Shown here: positions 34,900-48,275 of the stretch, in pieces
Position numbering within the stretch: position 1 is the stretch's first letter
Layout of the letters: each line of letters opens with the position of its first letter
Origin: Nemertoderma westbladi
Lineage: Eukaryota; Animalia; Xenacoelomorpha
DNA length: 64,000 bases
NCBI GenBank assembly: GCA_032718475.1
Contig: JAUCBJ010001208.1
Span: forward strand, 1-64,000
Direction of reading: 5' to 3'
The notes under the pieces: generated by a model
Seen by the model: only the letters and a program-made list of their open reading frames with translations
Databases searched by the model: none
Told to the model about the DNA's origin: nothing
Position numbers and translations under genes: made by a program

Positions 34900-36629
34900 G
34901 ATTTTCTACTCAACTCAACTACTTTTTAGTACCGTAAGTCACACCACACAAGTTATCTACAATTTAATACAACGCAAATTATGTTCATACAATTGTTTAA
35001 TGTGGGTAGTGTATAATACTGCATGGTTGCTTACATCATATACAGAATAATGTTAACAACAATTATTGATCTTTATAAAATTCTTGAGGACATTCTTACA
35101 ACATACGAGTATGAGGAGCTATGTACTAGAGTTTAGTACCTCACAGTTGGTGACAGTATCATCCACATCGATTATGTAGGTGGTGACATGGGTGGGTGTA
35201 CAAAGTATACGTTGCGTTGGTATGGTGGTGTGTATGAATGCCTGTAGTGAACATACAGTAGAATGTAATGTTGTAAAATGTAAATGTATAGTTCATATAA
35301 GATAACTCCTTCTCTGTCCACTGTAGCAACAAAGCTCATATACCTACCATATGCCACTTCAATAACTTTCTAAACTTTTGTCGGACAAGAACATACGTAC
35401 CAAGTTTGGTTTAATTTCATCAAGAAATTACCGAGTTATTAGCGATCAAATATTAGACGACAACAGACGACCTCGTTAATGGCACCCCTACGCTAAGGCT
35501 TCACTCACTTATTGGCTCGCCGCACAGAGCATAATCATATAATAATTGTACTACATCGGTTCACTATGCTTTTTTATTATTAATATAAGTGTATCAATTT
35601 TTGGTTTTGTTATTAAATAAAAGAGATACTTTTGTATTTTTTTTTGCAAAACAAAAACCTCACCACACACCCCTCCACATGCTGATACAGGTAATAATGC
35701 AATAACCCCTTTAGCTAATCAAAGATTCCACCTGATATTATATTATCCTTGCACTGACTGCTAGGACTTTAAGGTTAATTGACAACTCCCACACATAGAA
35801 TACATACATAAGAAATTTTATGCAATATAAATAATAAACACCAAGTAAATTAATGTATGTACAAAGCTGTTTGGTTGGGCAGATCAGATCTGGCCCCTAA
35901 CTTTTGGCGGTAAATTCAAATCTGTTGTATCATTGAATATAGGAATAGACTGAACTGCTAAGATTGATATAATTGAATCAGAATGCATTTCCTATCTCTT
36001 TCGGAGAGACAGGGGGGAGGGGAACTGTACGCAAATCACGCCTTGGCGAATTAATACCCCGCATCAATGTTAAATTCTCAATTTAGGGAAAGGAGCAGGT
36101 TACAGTGGAACGTTATTTTAACGAAAACAATAAACTAAACACAAAAGAACAGGTTACAGTGGAACGTTATTTTAACGAAAACAATAAACTAAACACAAAA
36201 GAACAGGTTATAGTTTTATTTTTGAAAGTAATCATCTGTTATTTGCGTCCAATTTACTCTGGAGAGGGATGAATTTTTATTGCGTCCTGTTTCACTCCTA
36301 TCTGGTTTCGGCCTGAATATTTCTCTTTTTTACTTTCTTTCATGGGACCAATTTTGTTTATTTCGGAGGGGGGGGGGGGGGGGGGCACAGACTCTAACGC
36401 CGGCTCTGTCCATATCCGATCTGTCCATGTCCTAAGAACATATTAACAGCTCCAATTTAAACAAATAAATACAATTCCCAGCACTTTAAATTTATAGTTT
36501 AGGACTCGTCAAGCTAAAATAAAGTTGTTAATTTAATCAATACTTCGATTTTAACTAAGATAGTTCAATGAAATTCGCCTGAATATTTATCAAACGTAGC
36601 CGACCTGCGCAGAACATGTTTAATGGAGT

Positions 36630-37620
36630 AGGCATTATCTCCCTGCTTAGTGAGAGAGTTGGCTTGTTGCAATTTTTCGGGAACCTCAGTTAATTTTATT
36701 CAACTCTCCTTTGCATATCATTTCCCGCAGGGTAGAGCTATGTCGATACGCAATCTTTTATCAGCTACTGACGTCAGTGAATGTGTTTCCTAATAAAGAG
36801 AACAACTCTCGGTGAAAACGTTTATGGGTACCGATTTTGCTTGGATTAGTTCCTTGATGAACTCGCCATATAAATAGGCTGACTCTACTGCTTCCACCAT
36901 TTCAACTGTTTCGGCACCTAGTGAACTTTTCCCTACCCTTTGGATTCGTCTGCTATGCCAAGCTATGAGTGAAGCTTTCTTTACCTTTATCACCGAAAAG
37001 AAACAATAGAGCCACCTCGTGAACCGCCGTCTAGCAAGTTTCCTAAACTAGCGTCGCTAAAACATTGACTCCCTGTTGATTCTAGATGACCAATGTTGTG
37101 CATGTGAATATTGAGAATTTCCGACTTTATTTTTCTAACAGCCTTTGCTGCCCTGAGTTCCAATGTTTGCCTTGTTTGCAGAACAAGCTTTTTGACAGGA
37201 TTCAAAGGAAGTGTCGACTCGACACTGTGTGGTCGCCACAATGAGAGAGCGGTAGATCTTGTTTTTCTCGGCATTCAGTTTCTTTATCATCGGCCCAGTT
37301 TCTGTGAACACTTATTTCGGGAATTTGTGGAATGAATTTGTCTACATTTATTGTTACGCAGACATTATCTTGACGTAGATCTATCCCTAAATATTTAAAC
37401 GGAGACTCCTTTTCATGGCCCACGATAAATGTTTCTTTGATTTTCTCGATTATCTTATTCTGAAAGATCGTGTCTCCAGCCCATAAAAAATCATCTACAT
37501 GGATTACAATCAGGCCACATAATTGTGTATTCCATTGGAGGAAAAATACTGCTGGGTCGAAACGAGACTTTTGCAGACCAATTGTTCAAACTCCTAACTA
37601 CGTACTCGAAGATACCACAT
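36630..37620 (-). pseudogene. Degraded Ty1/Copia RT-RNase H fragment
   Basis: HVDDFLWAG, FKYLGIDL, FSDASLGNL, WHSRRIQRVGKSSLGAET, RLRIDI and SLTK motifs across broken frames. Confidence 0.85.
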
Positions 37621-39542
37621 TCTCCCTGACTGATGTTTAGATCTTCACTTTCCATATATGTGGCGTTAACTGGTCATCTGGAAGATTTTGGGTTATTCAT
37701 AAAAGTGAATAGACTATTTATTGTATGTAAATTCAATTAGACTTAATTAAGCAACATAAAAAAGCTAATTTTTCCTAAATTTATGTTCAAATGATGTAAC
37801 TGAGTGGGATAATTAATTTCGCGACTGTGTTTGAGGCTTAAATAAATCTTTTGGTGTGTGTGTCGGCCTGTGTGCCTCATCCCGCTTGTCTTTGACTGTG
37901 TTTGAGTGTGTGCCTAGTTTAGTAACATCCTTTAATCTCGAATTATTATTGTTCGAACCATGCTCTGCCATCATGTTAATTGAGTGTAAAGGAATATCAT
38001 GTTTGTTTCAAATTCAGTATTTGTTATTAAGGGTAGAGGATAGGTTGCAAAATCCCATACATTTCCCTTTCAAAATCGATGTAACTTTTCCTCAAAATCT
38101 GCCTTACGGATTTCTCTCAAATTTTAACACAACCATTCTACCACTCTTGTACATAAGAGGAATTAACAGTTTTCAAATTTTATTTCAAAATTTAAAAAAT
38201 ATCGCACATTTTTTAATAAAACACTTTAATTTTTCAAAAAAAAACCGCCGATTTTTCAGAAAAGCAGCTATAACTATTTTCATAATCATTGGATGAAAAA
38301 GATTTTAGTTGCACATTTGTAGGATATGACATATATCATCTCTGGAAAATTATTAAAATTCATAAAGCCAATCTTGAGAAAAAGGAACATGAAGTTTCGA
38401 AATTTCAAAAAATTCAAATTTGAGAAAAACCGACTATTTTATGAGTGAAACCCTTTTCATACCCCATATTGCGAGAATGAAATTTATGAAAATAAAATGA
38501 AACTGAAATTCGTAAATTTAAAAAAAATTTGTTGAATTGAAAATGAATTAATTTAAATTTGTAGAGAATAATCATCGACTTATTCGAGGTGTTATTTAAC
38601 TAATTAAATTTATTTATAACTAATATAGTTATCATTAATTAGGTAATAAATTTCGCTATTTAAGAAAACTGTAGGTCGTGTGGGAAAATGATGAAATTTA
38701 AAGTTGTAGGGAATCGTCGACTTAGTCGAGTGTGATTTCCGGATCCAATTCGCTGCACTACCTAGCGGAAAATAGGGAAAGTGGCTTTTTACCAATTATA
38801 GTTGGCTAGGTGACATTAGCAATATAATGTCACATATTAACCAACGAACGCAATATACATTGCCAGCCACAAGAGATGAGAGGCTATAGGCCATCTCAGG
38901 GGGACGAAGGGAGCTAGCACGTGGGTATGGGGGAACAGGGATTGCCAAAGGAAGGATAGATTAGCCAGTGGTGGGGCAGCACACCATCTGATTGGGATGC
39001 ATCCATTGGCCAGGCCACGTAGCTCCTCTATAATAATGTGTATAACCGTTGCATTTATTACCTGTTGTTCATTGGGTTTGTGTAGAGCTGTGGAAGCAAA
39101 ATGGTTTAAACCGTAGTCGTCGTCATTCAGTAAGTGCTGTTATTACAGTACATTCTGATTGTGCTATTATTATATTCTGACATTACGAACAACTGCCACT
39201 AAAACTCAGTTATTCTATCGGCCTCTGGCCTTTCAGATACCACAAGCCTTTCAGCAGCCAGCAGACGCAGCGATTTGTATTATCCAAAAGCAAACACATC
39301 GGTCGGGATTCCCTCGCCAACTCGGGGATCCCGTCACATCGAGTGGTTATATAACTTTTTTAATTAATTTATAATTAATTAGGTAAAAAATTTCGCAATT
39401 TAATAATTTATTTTATATTTGCTGTTATATAATTCCTGTACACAAGCCAAATTGATGAAAATAATGAAGAATTAATGTAGCAATTAACTCCAGTTAGTTT
39501 AGAAAAATAATTTCGAATTACTGTAGTTATTTGTGTAAATAG

Positions 39543-40870
39543 TTAGTGCCCACCAGGAACATAGTCTTTTTCATCATCATCAGAGTCATTCTCCTTTTCG
39601 CGTTTTATACTTCGTTTAGGCCGTGCAGCCTTTGTTATGTCTTTGAATCTATTCTCCACTCGACGAATTCGTATATTGTCCAGTTTATTCAACGCATTCA
39701 GGCATTGGTGAACAACTGTTTTAGAACATTCAAGACCTGAATTCCCTTGATTGAAACAAATAACTGAGTCATAAGCTCCACTCGCTAGCATGGTGCAGCC
39801 AACAAAAACACGTTTTGGACACCGTTTATACACCATGTTATTGAATGATTCATTTAAATTCTGGGTCTTACCATGGATACAACGTTCTACAGTAGTAGAG
39901 AAGATTCTGTGAGGGCGCGGTAAATTGGTTTTATAACTGTCATGATGGCCGAGGGTAAACTGTTGCTAGTGTTGCTATGGTTATATGGGATCCCTTTATT
40001 GCACTTACACCAGGTATCTGAAATTTTAGGGCATAACCCATGTAGGGGAGAAAGATTTGTTGATAGCTTGTGGAAAAATGTTGCCCATACCGCCTTCCTC
40101 ATAGAAGCGACGGAATCTGAATTGGAACAAATAGCTACTCCATATTATCCCTGCAGTTTGTCTATAACTTAATCTGTACTGTAAGTCGATTCCAACCTCC
40201 AATCTTTTTCAGATTAGACAACTTTTTCCGGTGTTGTCGCGTTTCGGCAACTGATAGTCGCGTTTCGGCAACATGGTAACAAGGTTGCGTTTCGGCAACT
40301 GAGTGATGCATTTCGGCAACTCATAGTTTCATTTCGGCAAGTTGCCGAAACGCAACTTCAGTTAGCCGAAATGCAACTACGAGTTGTCGAAACACAACTA
40401 TAGCAGTTGGTGACACGTAATTGTTCAGTTGCCGAAACGTGAATTTGAGTTGCCTAAACGTGACAGTTGCTGAAACGCGACGTAACCCTTTTTCCCACTA
40501 TGATCATTCTTCAATTTCCGAAGCCTGCTCCCTAATCTCTTTTTGAATCTGTACCACACTCTCGAGTTTTCACAATAGCAACATTGTTTCCATACAGTTT
40601 TGACCCCTCAACTGTTTTAAAACTGCTGCTATCACCATCACTGAGATACTGTGTATAATGGACCCTGAGCTCCGATATTGATCTACAAAATATCGCCATC
40701 CCAGCCACTTCCATCCCCCCACTAGATCCTGTGTAGTTCTTCAAACACGCATTCTTGTGTTTCTCCAAAGCCTCAAACTTATTTGTTGCATCCTTGATAA
40801 GGTTTATCATAGTTCAATGATGGCAGTACTTCGAGAAAGTCTCAACATCCACAACTCGTCCGGTGTCCAC
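39543..40870 (-). pseudogene. Degraded DDE DNA transposase (SSGGME / DGDS / ECG / TQNxNES family), split by a MITE
   Basis: Motifs SSGGMEVAG, YLSDGDSSSF, KTRECG, MRKAVWATFFH, HGKTQNLNESFNNMVYKRCPK; multiple stops and frameshifts; superfamily not assigned with certainty. Confidence 0.8.
40230..40487. mobile_element. 258-bp foldback MITE with 8-bp TSD (Merlin- or hAT-like)
   Basis: GGTGTTGTCGCGTTTCGGCAACTG...CAGTTGCTGAAACGCGACGTAACC; TSD CTTTTTCC (40222-40229; 40488-40495); internal GTTTCGGCAAC repeats. Confidence 0.88.
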
Positions 40871-41136
40871 AAATATACTGAGCTCCGATATTGATCTACA
40901 AAATATCGCCATAGCCCCAGCCACTTCCATCCCCCAAATTTATTTAACCATTTAAACTTCGGGATCCCGTTTCAAAAAAGTCGGAATCGGGATTCGATAT
41001 TTCGCTGGGATCCCGGTTTATCGGTTTTTTTTAAACATTAGTGCATTGATGAAGCCAGAAGTCTTCCGATTGTTTAAATATAAAATCTGATTTAAATAAA
41101 AAAATCTGATTTAAATAAGAAAAAAGTGATTTAAAT

Positions 41137-41519
41137 GGGTGACTACAAAACGAAGACCAAAGACCTTAATAATAAAGACCTGCATAATCTTTGAAACATG
41201 TGTTAACTTTCGTTCATTGTTTTGGTTCCCCCAACAAGCCTCTGTAACATGCTCCTTTACTAACCTGTTCCTTTAAATGCAATGTAATCTAACGCTCTTT
41301 GGCACCTGTACAAAACAAAGATATAAAGTCGCGTTACGTCCTAAAGGGGATTAGGTCCCATTGCCATATAGCGTTAGGTCCCATTGCCATTTACAGGAGC
41401 AGGTTAGTAAAGGAGCAGGTTACAAAGGCGTGTTTGGGGAACCAAAACAATAAACGAAAGTTAATACATGTGTTTCATACAGGTCTTTGTTATTTTGGGT
41501 CTTTGCTTTTTAGTCACCC
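41137..41519. mobile_element. 383-bp Mutator-like MITE with 9-bp TSD, inserted in a hAT-like end
   Basis: GGGTGACTA...TAGTCACCC long TIRs; TSD GATTTAAAT (41128-41136; 41520-41528); the host repeat ends ATCATGATTTTTATCAACCCTG at ~41620. Confidence 0.88.
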
Positions 41520-41621
41520 GATTTAAATGAAAAAAATCTGATTTAAATCAAATAAATCTGATTTAAATAAAAAAAATCTGATTTTTTTTATTAAAAAAAA
41601 TCATGATTTTTATCAACCCTG

Positions 41622-42735
41622 CCTGCACCCATGACATTTGCTAGATCATCCGCTTCTTCAAGGCCAGTGTCCTTTAAGATGCGTCTCAAGAAAGTCATGG
41701 GCTGCCACCATGCTTATTCAGTCCATGAGGCTGCCAAAGTATAAGTTTATGCACTGGCTGGTCCTCACGGTGAAAGCAATGTCCTGCAAAGCAGAGGCGA
41801 TTTTGTTCTAGTGTCAAGCTTGGGGGAACCAAAGAGACACCTCCAATGTTATATAGTGTCTGGTTGGAGATGTGTGCATTGTACTTGACACAATGTACCC
41901 GGCGTAGCATTCTTGTGAATGTGCCATCCAGAGATTTGGTGTCCGCAGCAGTTAGAGCCCAACATGGACTCTCATAGAGAGGTACTGGAACTACTGCTGC
42001 TCTAAATAATCGGACCTTAAGTTTCCGATTAATTCTCGGTGACTTCCAAATCCTGCAAAGCATATTCAAGGCTGCCCAATGCTTTCCCTTACGCATTCGA
42101 AGGTCCTCATCTGACTTCCGGATCCATGATCCCAGGTAACATAAGTCGTCCACATGCTCAAGCATACCATCCTTTGAGCTTATGCTCATCCGATCAGAGA
42201 CTTGCTGAGGACTTTCAAAGTTAACTGTCAAAAGTTTGGTCTTTCTGGAGTTAATAAAAAGACCAACACTAGAAGCAGCATGTTCTAATGAGCTGAGGAG
42301 CCGTTGGGCTCCCTCTAATGATTCTGAGAGTACTCCTAAGTCATCAGCAAAGTCTAGATCAGTTAGGTACTTGGCAGGATTTCCTCGACTTCTGGAGCCA
42401 GTAGGTGGAGTTATCATCACCCCATCATCATTATGATGATCTAAGGACGTGCGTAGAACATAGTCAACCACAATTATGAACAAGAATGGTGCAAGTGTGT
42501 CTCCCCGGAGGACGTCCCATTACACTTCAAATGGTTCTCTGTCACCGTCAACAGTAGAGACAAATGTTATCGAACCATCGTATACTGATCTGATTGCTGC
42601 AATAATTTCATCAGGAATCCCATATAATGAAAGTATGCTGAACATACGTGAGAGAGAGACTGAATCAAAGGCCTTGAAGAAGTCAACAAAGATAACAGCC
42701 AGATGCCTATCTTTCTTTTTTGATAACTCTTAAAT
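41622..42735 (-). pseudogene. RTE-clade LINE reverse transcriptase fragment
   Basis: FVDFFKAFDS, GDTLAPFLFIIVVDYVL, DLDFADDL, YLGSWI; same C-terminus as the other RTE copies. Confidence 0.9.
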
Positions 42736-42899
42736 TATCCTTCGGGTATCCTATGGGCTCCATGGTCCCACGAATGCCGAATTGGCCGAATGCCAAAATA
42801 AGGATCACGAGACGAATTACAGAAATGCTGAAATGTTTGATCCTGTTTAAACACTTAGTTAGTAGGCCTACAACATAGTTAGTACAACATGAATAAACC

Positions 42900-43095
42900 A
42901 TGCAGTTAGGTGTATAATAATACTGTTCGGGTTTGCAATTAGCACAACATTAATTTGACCAAGCAGTTAGGTGTATAATAATACTGTTCGGGTTTGCAGT
43001 TAGCACAACATTAATTAGACCTTGCAGTTAGGTGTATAGTAATACTGTTCAGGTTTGCAGTTACCACAACATTAATAGACAATGCAGTTAGGGCT
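42900..43095. repeat. ~61-bp tandem repeat (~3 copies)
   Basis: GCAGTTAGGTGTATAATAATACTGTTCGGGTTTGCA...CACAACATTAAT repeated. Confidence 0.85.
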
Positions 43096-43639
43096 ATGGT
43101 ATATGTGTAGTCTTTACCACCCTTGTACTCTAGCGACCTTCTAGAGAATTGGTTAGTTAGGTGTATAGTTGATTTGCATGCGTCTGGAGCAGTTAGCACT
43201 TTGGACGAAAAAGAGCTCGTTAGCGTTTCGAGTGGTTTGCCGGTATACGTGTTTGTGCACATTGATATTGGCTTGGAAGGGTAAGAAGTGCTCTACTTCA
43301 TGGCCACCTATACAAAGAATTGTATCGATTATTTGGGTTCTTATTTCGGGTATTAAATATTTAGCGGGTAAAATTAAGCTCTTGCTGTATAAAAATAGCA
43401 CAGGTCGATTCACCGTGTCCCATTCTCACAAATATTCGAGTGTTTAATATAAAGATGTATGATTATTTATTGATTAAAAATTAAATAGTGTAAGAATATG
43501 TCATATTCTCTCATAGAGCCTCTACTTTCCCTATGGTAGGGAATGGGGAACGATTTTCTCTGTATCATAGCAACGTTGTATAATTATTTAACTCTAGCTA
43601 GCTGGGAAGACAGGTAGCAAGCTGGCTGGAGTGTTGAGT

Positions 43640-44487
43640 GTGTCTCAGTAAATCCAATTGTTGGGGTATAACTATATATTAACATGTATTGATGCCTTTA
43701 GCAGGCTTGCTTTTGCCTATGCTATGAAAACAAAAAGGGTATTGAAATTATTAGTATATTGCAAAAAATATTCCAGAAAGGAAAACCAAACAGAATCGCG
43801 ACTGATCAAGGGTCTGAGTTTCTAAATAAATCTGTAAGAAAATATTTAGATACGTTAGGTATACAGTATTACGTAATGTATTCTGTGAATAAGGCGGCTA
43901 TTGTCGAGAGATTCAATAGAACATTAAAAACAAAGATGTTCAAAATTTTTACGCAACGAGGAAATAATGTTTGGATTAAAATTTTACCAAAGCTCATTTA
44001 TGCTTATAATAGGTCATATCATAGGACAATAAAAATGACACCTATTGAAGTTAATAAATTTAATGAAACTGAATTAATGAATAGATTATATGGGAAATAT
44101 AGACAGATTAATCATAAGAAAATAAAATTTAAAGTTGGAGATACAGTACGATTATCTATCGCTCGTACTGCTTTTGCTAAAGGCTATCGAGAACAATGGA
44201 CACATGAATTATTTATTATTCATCGTGTCAGGTTGGATAGAGTACCTGCGGTAATGTTCGATATTAAGGACAGCGCTGGAGCTATAATAAATGGCTCATT
44301 TTGTTCTCACGAACTCCAAAAGGTCCACCCGAATAGTAATATTTATCTAGCAATTGATAAAAATATTGGCAAACTTAAAGAACGTGTACGCAATGGGAAG
44401 AATATTTAATATTTAGTAAAAAAGAAAGAATATTTAGTCCGATTCATCGGATCCAAGAAACAGTCGTGGGTACAGCATATTCAATAA
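43640..44487 (+). pseudogene. Maverick retroviral-like integrase, N-truncated and frameshifted, with chromodomain-like tail
   Basis: GYNYILTCIDAFSR; IATDQGSEF; KAAIVERFNRTLK; YNRSYHRTIKMTP; KFKVGDTVR; EYLVRFIG...SWV. Confidence 0.9.
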
Positions 44488-44738
44488 GCTTAGGTTTATA
44501 CTGTATATTAATTCATTTTGGTCACATATGACCGTAATTAATCAATATTAACTCGAATGATATTACTATATCTATAGTTCATCCGTTTTAAATAAAGCCA
44601 ATATAATATTGATCCCGCGCATATACTGTAGAAGATGCGACAATGAACGTGGTCACAGATGTCTATAATTTAACATTATACTGTACTGTATGTACAATGG
44701 AGTCAAGTAGAGAGAGAGCTTAAATAATAATAATAATA

Positions 44739-45611
44739 ATGGCCACAGATACATATATCACTCTACTTTCAGATAGCTCATTAAACACTTACCCCAATAA
44801 TAATCCTAGTGAGTTTACTGTTGATTTAGCCGAAGAATTATATATTGGTCCAAACGCTAAAATTGGGCTTGCCGAGCTACAATACCAAGCAACATACAGT
44901 AATATTACACTGCAAACTCAAATCTCGCTGTCAATCGGGGTAGATGCAAAAGATGCCAAATTATATAGTTTATTTCCTGGTATGCATAGCTCTATTCAAG
45001 TGATTATTGATGATATAAATAAACTGTTTAATTCTGAAGCGAAATATAGAGATTTCGAATTCATTTTTAATACAAATAATTCTAGAATTAAATTTAAATT
45101 TCCTAAAAAGTTGAAAAAAATACAATTAAGTCTACGTGGTGATTTAATACAAATTCTAGGCTTAAAACCGTTATTGGATCGGAATCATCCAGGTATTCCG
45201 AATTGGGATATATACAGTACCACTACAGTAGATGAATTAAGCAATATAGAACAGCCGATATTAATTTTAAATTATAGCGGACCAAAAATTTCGGAAATTG
45301 GCATTTTAGATTTTCCAGCTCCCACGAATATAACACGTAATAAAGACACTATCTTTATATATACAGATATTATTAAGAGCTCATTTGTTGGTGACGCTTT
45401 AGCTCCGCTCTTAAGAACCTGCCCTTTAACGCAATTAAATCGAAAATATATTAATCACGATTACGAGAGCATTTGCTATTACCCGTTGTTGAATAAAAAA
45501 CTAAAAACAATCTTAATTACTTTACGTGACGGACAAGGCGAATTAATTAATTTTAGCGGAGGTCGCACTGTTATAACACTTAAGTTAATACGGGGTGGCA
45601 GTGATGGATGA
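44739..45611 (+). CDS. Maverick minor capsid (penton-like) protein 1
   Basis: YITLLSDSSLNTYPNNNPSEFTVDL N-terminus; IFIYTDII...VGD..APLLR; ITLRDGQGELINF. Confidence 0.8.
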   Translation: MATDTYITLLSDSSLNTYPNNNPSEFTVDLAEELYIGPNAKIGLAELQYQATYSNITLQTQISLSIGVDAKDAKLYSLFPGMHSSIQVIIDDINKLFNSEAKYRDFEFIFNTNNSRIKFKFPKKLKKIQLSLRGDLIQILGLKPLLDRNHPGIPNWDIYSTTTVDELSNIEQPILILNYSGPKISEIGILDFPAPTNITRNKDTIFIYTDIIKSSFVGDALAPLLRTCPLTQLNRKYINHDYESICYYPLLNKKLKTILITLRDGQGELINFSGGRTVITLKLIRGGSDG

Positions 45612-46449
45612 ATTCTACGTAAGACTACCAAGTAACTCCTGTCCAATTGATTTTCCCCGCAATAGCGCTAGTAATTATCAGATCAATTTCCATGGCGCCT
45701 TACCTATAAACCCAAACGAAAACTGGGTGGTAGGTATAAAAAGTATATTTTACTTAGCTACGTTGCCGTCCATGTATAACAATGTAGAGAATGTTATTTT
45801 ATTAAAAAAAGGAAAAAAAAATTTTGAGGATACACTTCCATCCGGTTTGTTCTACAGTATCAATGACATTATAGATTATTTTAACACGGGGGCATTGAAA
45901 GATAAATTACAAATAGTTGAAAATACTCAGCAAAATAGGTTGCAATTTATTTTAGGGAAAACTGTGCGAGAGTTATTTATAGGTCAACAATTAGCCTATT
46001 ATTTTGGAATTACTGAAAATAATCTCGGTGCGAATTTAAATCCAAATTTTAAAATTATTTTGAAGACGAAAAATAATATAAAGGGTTATTTAATAAAGGT
46101 TATCGGAAATGGAGAAAAAGCTTACCAGATGGTATTTTTATGCCCTCAACCACCCAATTCTATTCCAGAACCTAAGTCGAACATGTACGTGACTACTAAT
46201 ATAATTGAAAATCAATATATTAATGACTTTGGTTTAGCTTTACTTCGTCGTGTTGCGATACCTGATGACGTGAAATATGGTAGCGTAATAAATAAAGAAT
46301 TTGTCAAGGATACAATTCATTATATCCCTGTAAAAAAATCATATAAGATAACATACATTCATATTGAAATAACAGACAAAGAAGGAAAAGATTTGAATTT
46401 TGAATACGGGACAACATCTATTACATTACACTTTAAACGAATAAATTAA
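45595..46449 (+). CDS. Maverick minor capsid (penton-like) protein 2
   Basis: FYVRLPSNSCPIDFPRNSASNY; MYVTTNII...LLRRV; IEITDKEGKDLNF..GTTSITLHFKR. Confidence 0.8.
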   Translation: MAVMDEFYVRLPSNSCPIDFPRNSASNYQINFHGALPINPNENWVVGIKSIFYLATLPSMYNNVENVILLKKGKKNFEDTLPSGLFYSINDIIDYFNTGALKDKLQIVENTQQNRLQFILGKTVRELFIGQQLAYYFGITENNLGANLNPNFKIILKTKNNIKGYLIKVIGNGEKAYQMVFLCPQPPNSIPEPKSNMYVTTNIIENQYINDFGLALLRRVAIPDDVKYGSVINKEFVKDTIHYIPVKKSYKITYIHIEITDKEGKDLNFEYGTTSITLHFKRIN

Positions 46450-46450
46450 A

Positions 46451-47011
46451 ATGGATTCTGATTTATTTCACAGATACAGTAAACCTCAATATGGTGGTGC
46501 AGACTCGAATCTTGCTGTTTTTAAAGGTGGTAGAAGTACGAGAGGCTCGACGCAAGTTCCTGTTTTTCGAGGTGGTTCATATATTGACCCTTACGGTCAA
46601 CAAATTGGCGCATTTGGTCCAAACTTAAAACAACGTCATTTTCAGCGTTATCCTAGAGGTATGAGGACAAATCAACACGGAGAAGGTATATTTACAGACG
46701 CTTTATCAACATTGAAAAAATTTGGTAAGCCATTAGCTAAAAAAGTTTTACAAAAAGCTTTACCATTTACCACAAAATTTATGAGACAACACGTAATACC
46801 AAAAGGTAAGCGGGTCTTACATCAGCAGGCTAATACGGTTATTAATAAAGCATTAAATAAAATGAAACCGTCAACAAGGTCAGTTGTAGAAAAAGTTTAT
46901 AGAGATTTAAAGCGACCCGCTAGACCAATGTCTATGAACATATATCATCGACGTAGTAAAAAGAGAAATATAAAAGGCAAACTGAAACACTGCGAAAAAA
47001 GTATTTTTTAA
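46451..47011 (+). CDS. Basic virion core/membrane-active protein with adenain-type cleavage motifs
   Basis: QYGG, VFKGG, VFRGG and QHGEG followed by amphipathic IFTDALSTLKKFGKPLAKK; Arg/Lys-rich; position between minor and major capsid genes. Confidence 0.65.
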   Translation: MDSDLFHRYSKPQYGGADSNLAVFKGGRSTRGSTQVPVFRGGSYIDPYGQQIGAFGPNLKQRHFQRYPRGMRTNQHGEGIFTDALSTLKKFGKPLAKKVLQKALPFTTKFMRQHVIPKGKRVLHQQANTVINKALNKMKPSTRSVVEKVYRDLKRPARPMSMNIYHRRSKKRNIKGKLKHCEKSIF

Positions 47012-47013
47012 TA

Positions 47014-48273
47014 ATGTCAATTATTAAGGAATTAGATTTATTTTCTACACAGCCAATACAGACTGAATTTAAAGTAAAGCATTATGAAACAATTTACCCC
47101 ATATCTAATCTCAGAAGTGAGTCTAGGGAAGTCACGTTCCTTGTACCGAGATCCAATGAATTCTATACGAAACTGCAAGATGCGTTATTAATTACAAAAT
47201 GTACTGTACGGTGGGATAGACGACTTGAAAATTCCCATATATATATGCTGAATTACCCCGCTGAAACTATGTGGAGTGATATTAAAATAGACCTTAATGA
47301 GAAGCAGGTTGAAAATAGCAATAACCATTATTTCTACAAGTCGTACTTATCCAATTTATTATTTACAACTTACGAGGATAAAAATGGGCTACTGGGTGCG
47401 GGTGGCTTTCATCAGCCTTTATCTGAGCACGGAAATGAAATTGATCCAAGCGCGCATCCTATTGGCGATGCCTTTAGTAAACAAATGCAATTTGTAAGTG
47501 GATTGACGATTGATTTTGATACTGAAAGCAAAATAATACAACCCGGGTATGATTTAAGAATGCATTTTAGAAAAGTATCAAATTCGTTTATTTTTAAAAT
47601 CACTCCAAACGCAAACGCGGTGACAAATCTTCGGCTAGAATTAGATGAAATAAAGATCCTAATCCCTAGAATGGAGGTTAATCCGGTAATAGAAAGCAGT
47701 CACCTAAAAGGTTTAGAGAGTTACGATATTGAATATCAATTCCAAAAAAAGGAGGTTACAACATTTACTATTCCCGCTCAAACCACAAATTACACCCAAA
47801 CAAACATATTTGATGGTAAAAAACCCAAATTAGTTATTATCGGCTTCATAACAAATAACGCTTATTCGGGAGAATTAATTAGCAATCCCTTGAAATTTGA
47901 ACATTTTAACCTTAGACGCGCGGAACTGATTGTAGACGGTCTTCCAGTAGGTGGTGTAATATACGAGCCTAATTTTACAGATGGAACATATATTTTTGAG
48001 TATACTCAATTAATGAAGAACATTAATACATATATTAATGGTTATGGAGGTAATAATATAGACCATGAAACCTACTTAGGTAATTGCCCCATCCTATCCT
48101 GGGACTTAACCGCCGATGGCTATGTTAGAGATCCGCAACCGTCGATATATACTAACGGCCAATTAAAATTAAGATTTGCCGAACCGTTGGTTGAAACCAT
48201 AAATGTAATCGTTTTTAATATTTATGATCAATCATTAAGTTTAAATAGCAGGAAAGAAATACATATCGATTAA
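47014..48273 (+). CDS. Maverick major capsid protein (double jelly-roll)
   Basis: ELDLF...IQT, YFYKSYL..LL, PKLVIIGF...AYSG....NPLKFEHFNL, WDLT.D, LKLRFAEPL motifs. Confidence 0.88.
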   Translation: MSIIKELDLFSTQPIQTEFKVKHYETIYPISNLRSESREVTFLVPRSNEFYTKLQDALLITKCTVRWDRRLENSHIYMLNYPAETMWSDIKIDLNEKQVENSNNHYFYKSYLSNLLFTTYEDKNGLLGAGGFHQPLSEHGNEIDPSAHPIGDAFSKQMQFVSGLTIDFDTESKIIQPGYDLRMHFRKVSNSFIFKITPNANAVTNLRLELDEIKILIPRMEVNPVIESSHLKGLESYDIEYQFQKKEVTTFTIPAQTTNYTQTNIFDGKKPKLVIIGFITNNAYSGELISNPLKFEHFNLRRAELIVDGLPVGGVIYEPNFTDGTYIFEYTQLMKNINTYINGYGGNNIDHETYLGNCPILSWDLTADGYVRDPQPSIYTNGQLKLRFAEPLVETINVIVFNIYDQSLSLNSRKEIHID

Positions 48274-48275
48274 GT

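Noticed and set aside
38810-39340. Possible solo LTR (GC-richer block with TATA, GTGAC...GTCAC ends)
   Set aside because: No target-site duplication found and no second copy in the window.
42740-43640. Left TIR and packaging ATPase of the Maverick
   Set aside because: No AGTAGT-type terminus matching the 58674 end and no Walker A motif seen; short ORFs here are unassignable.
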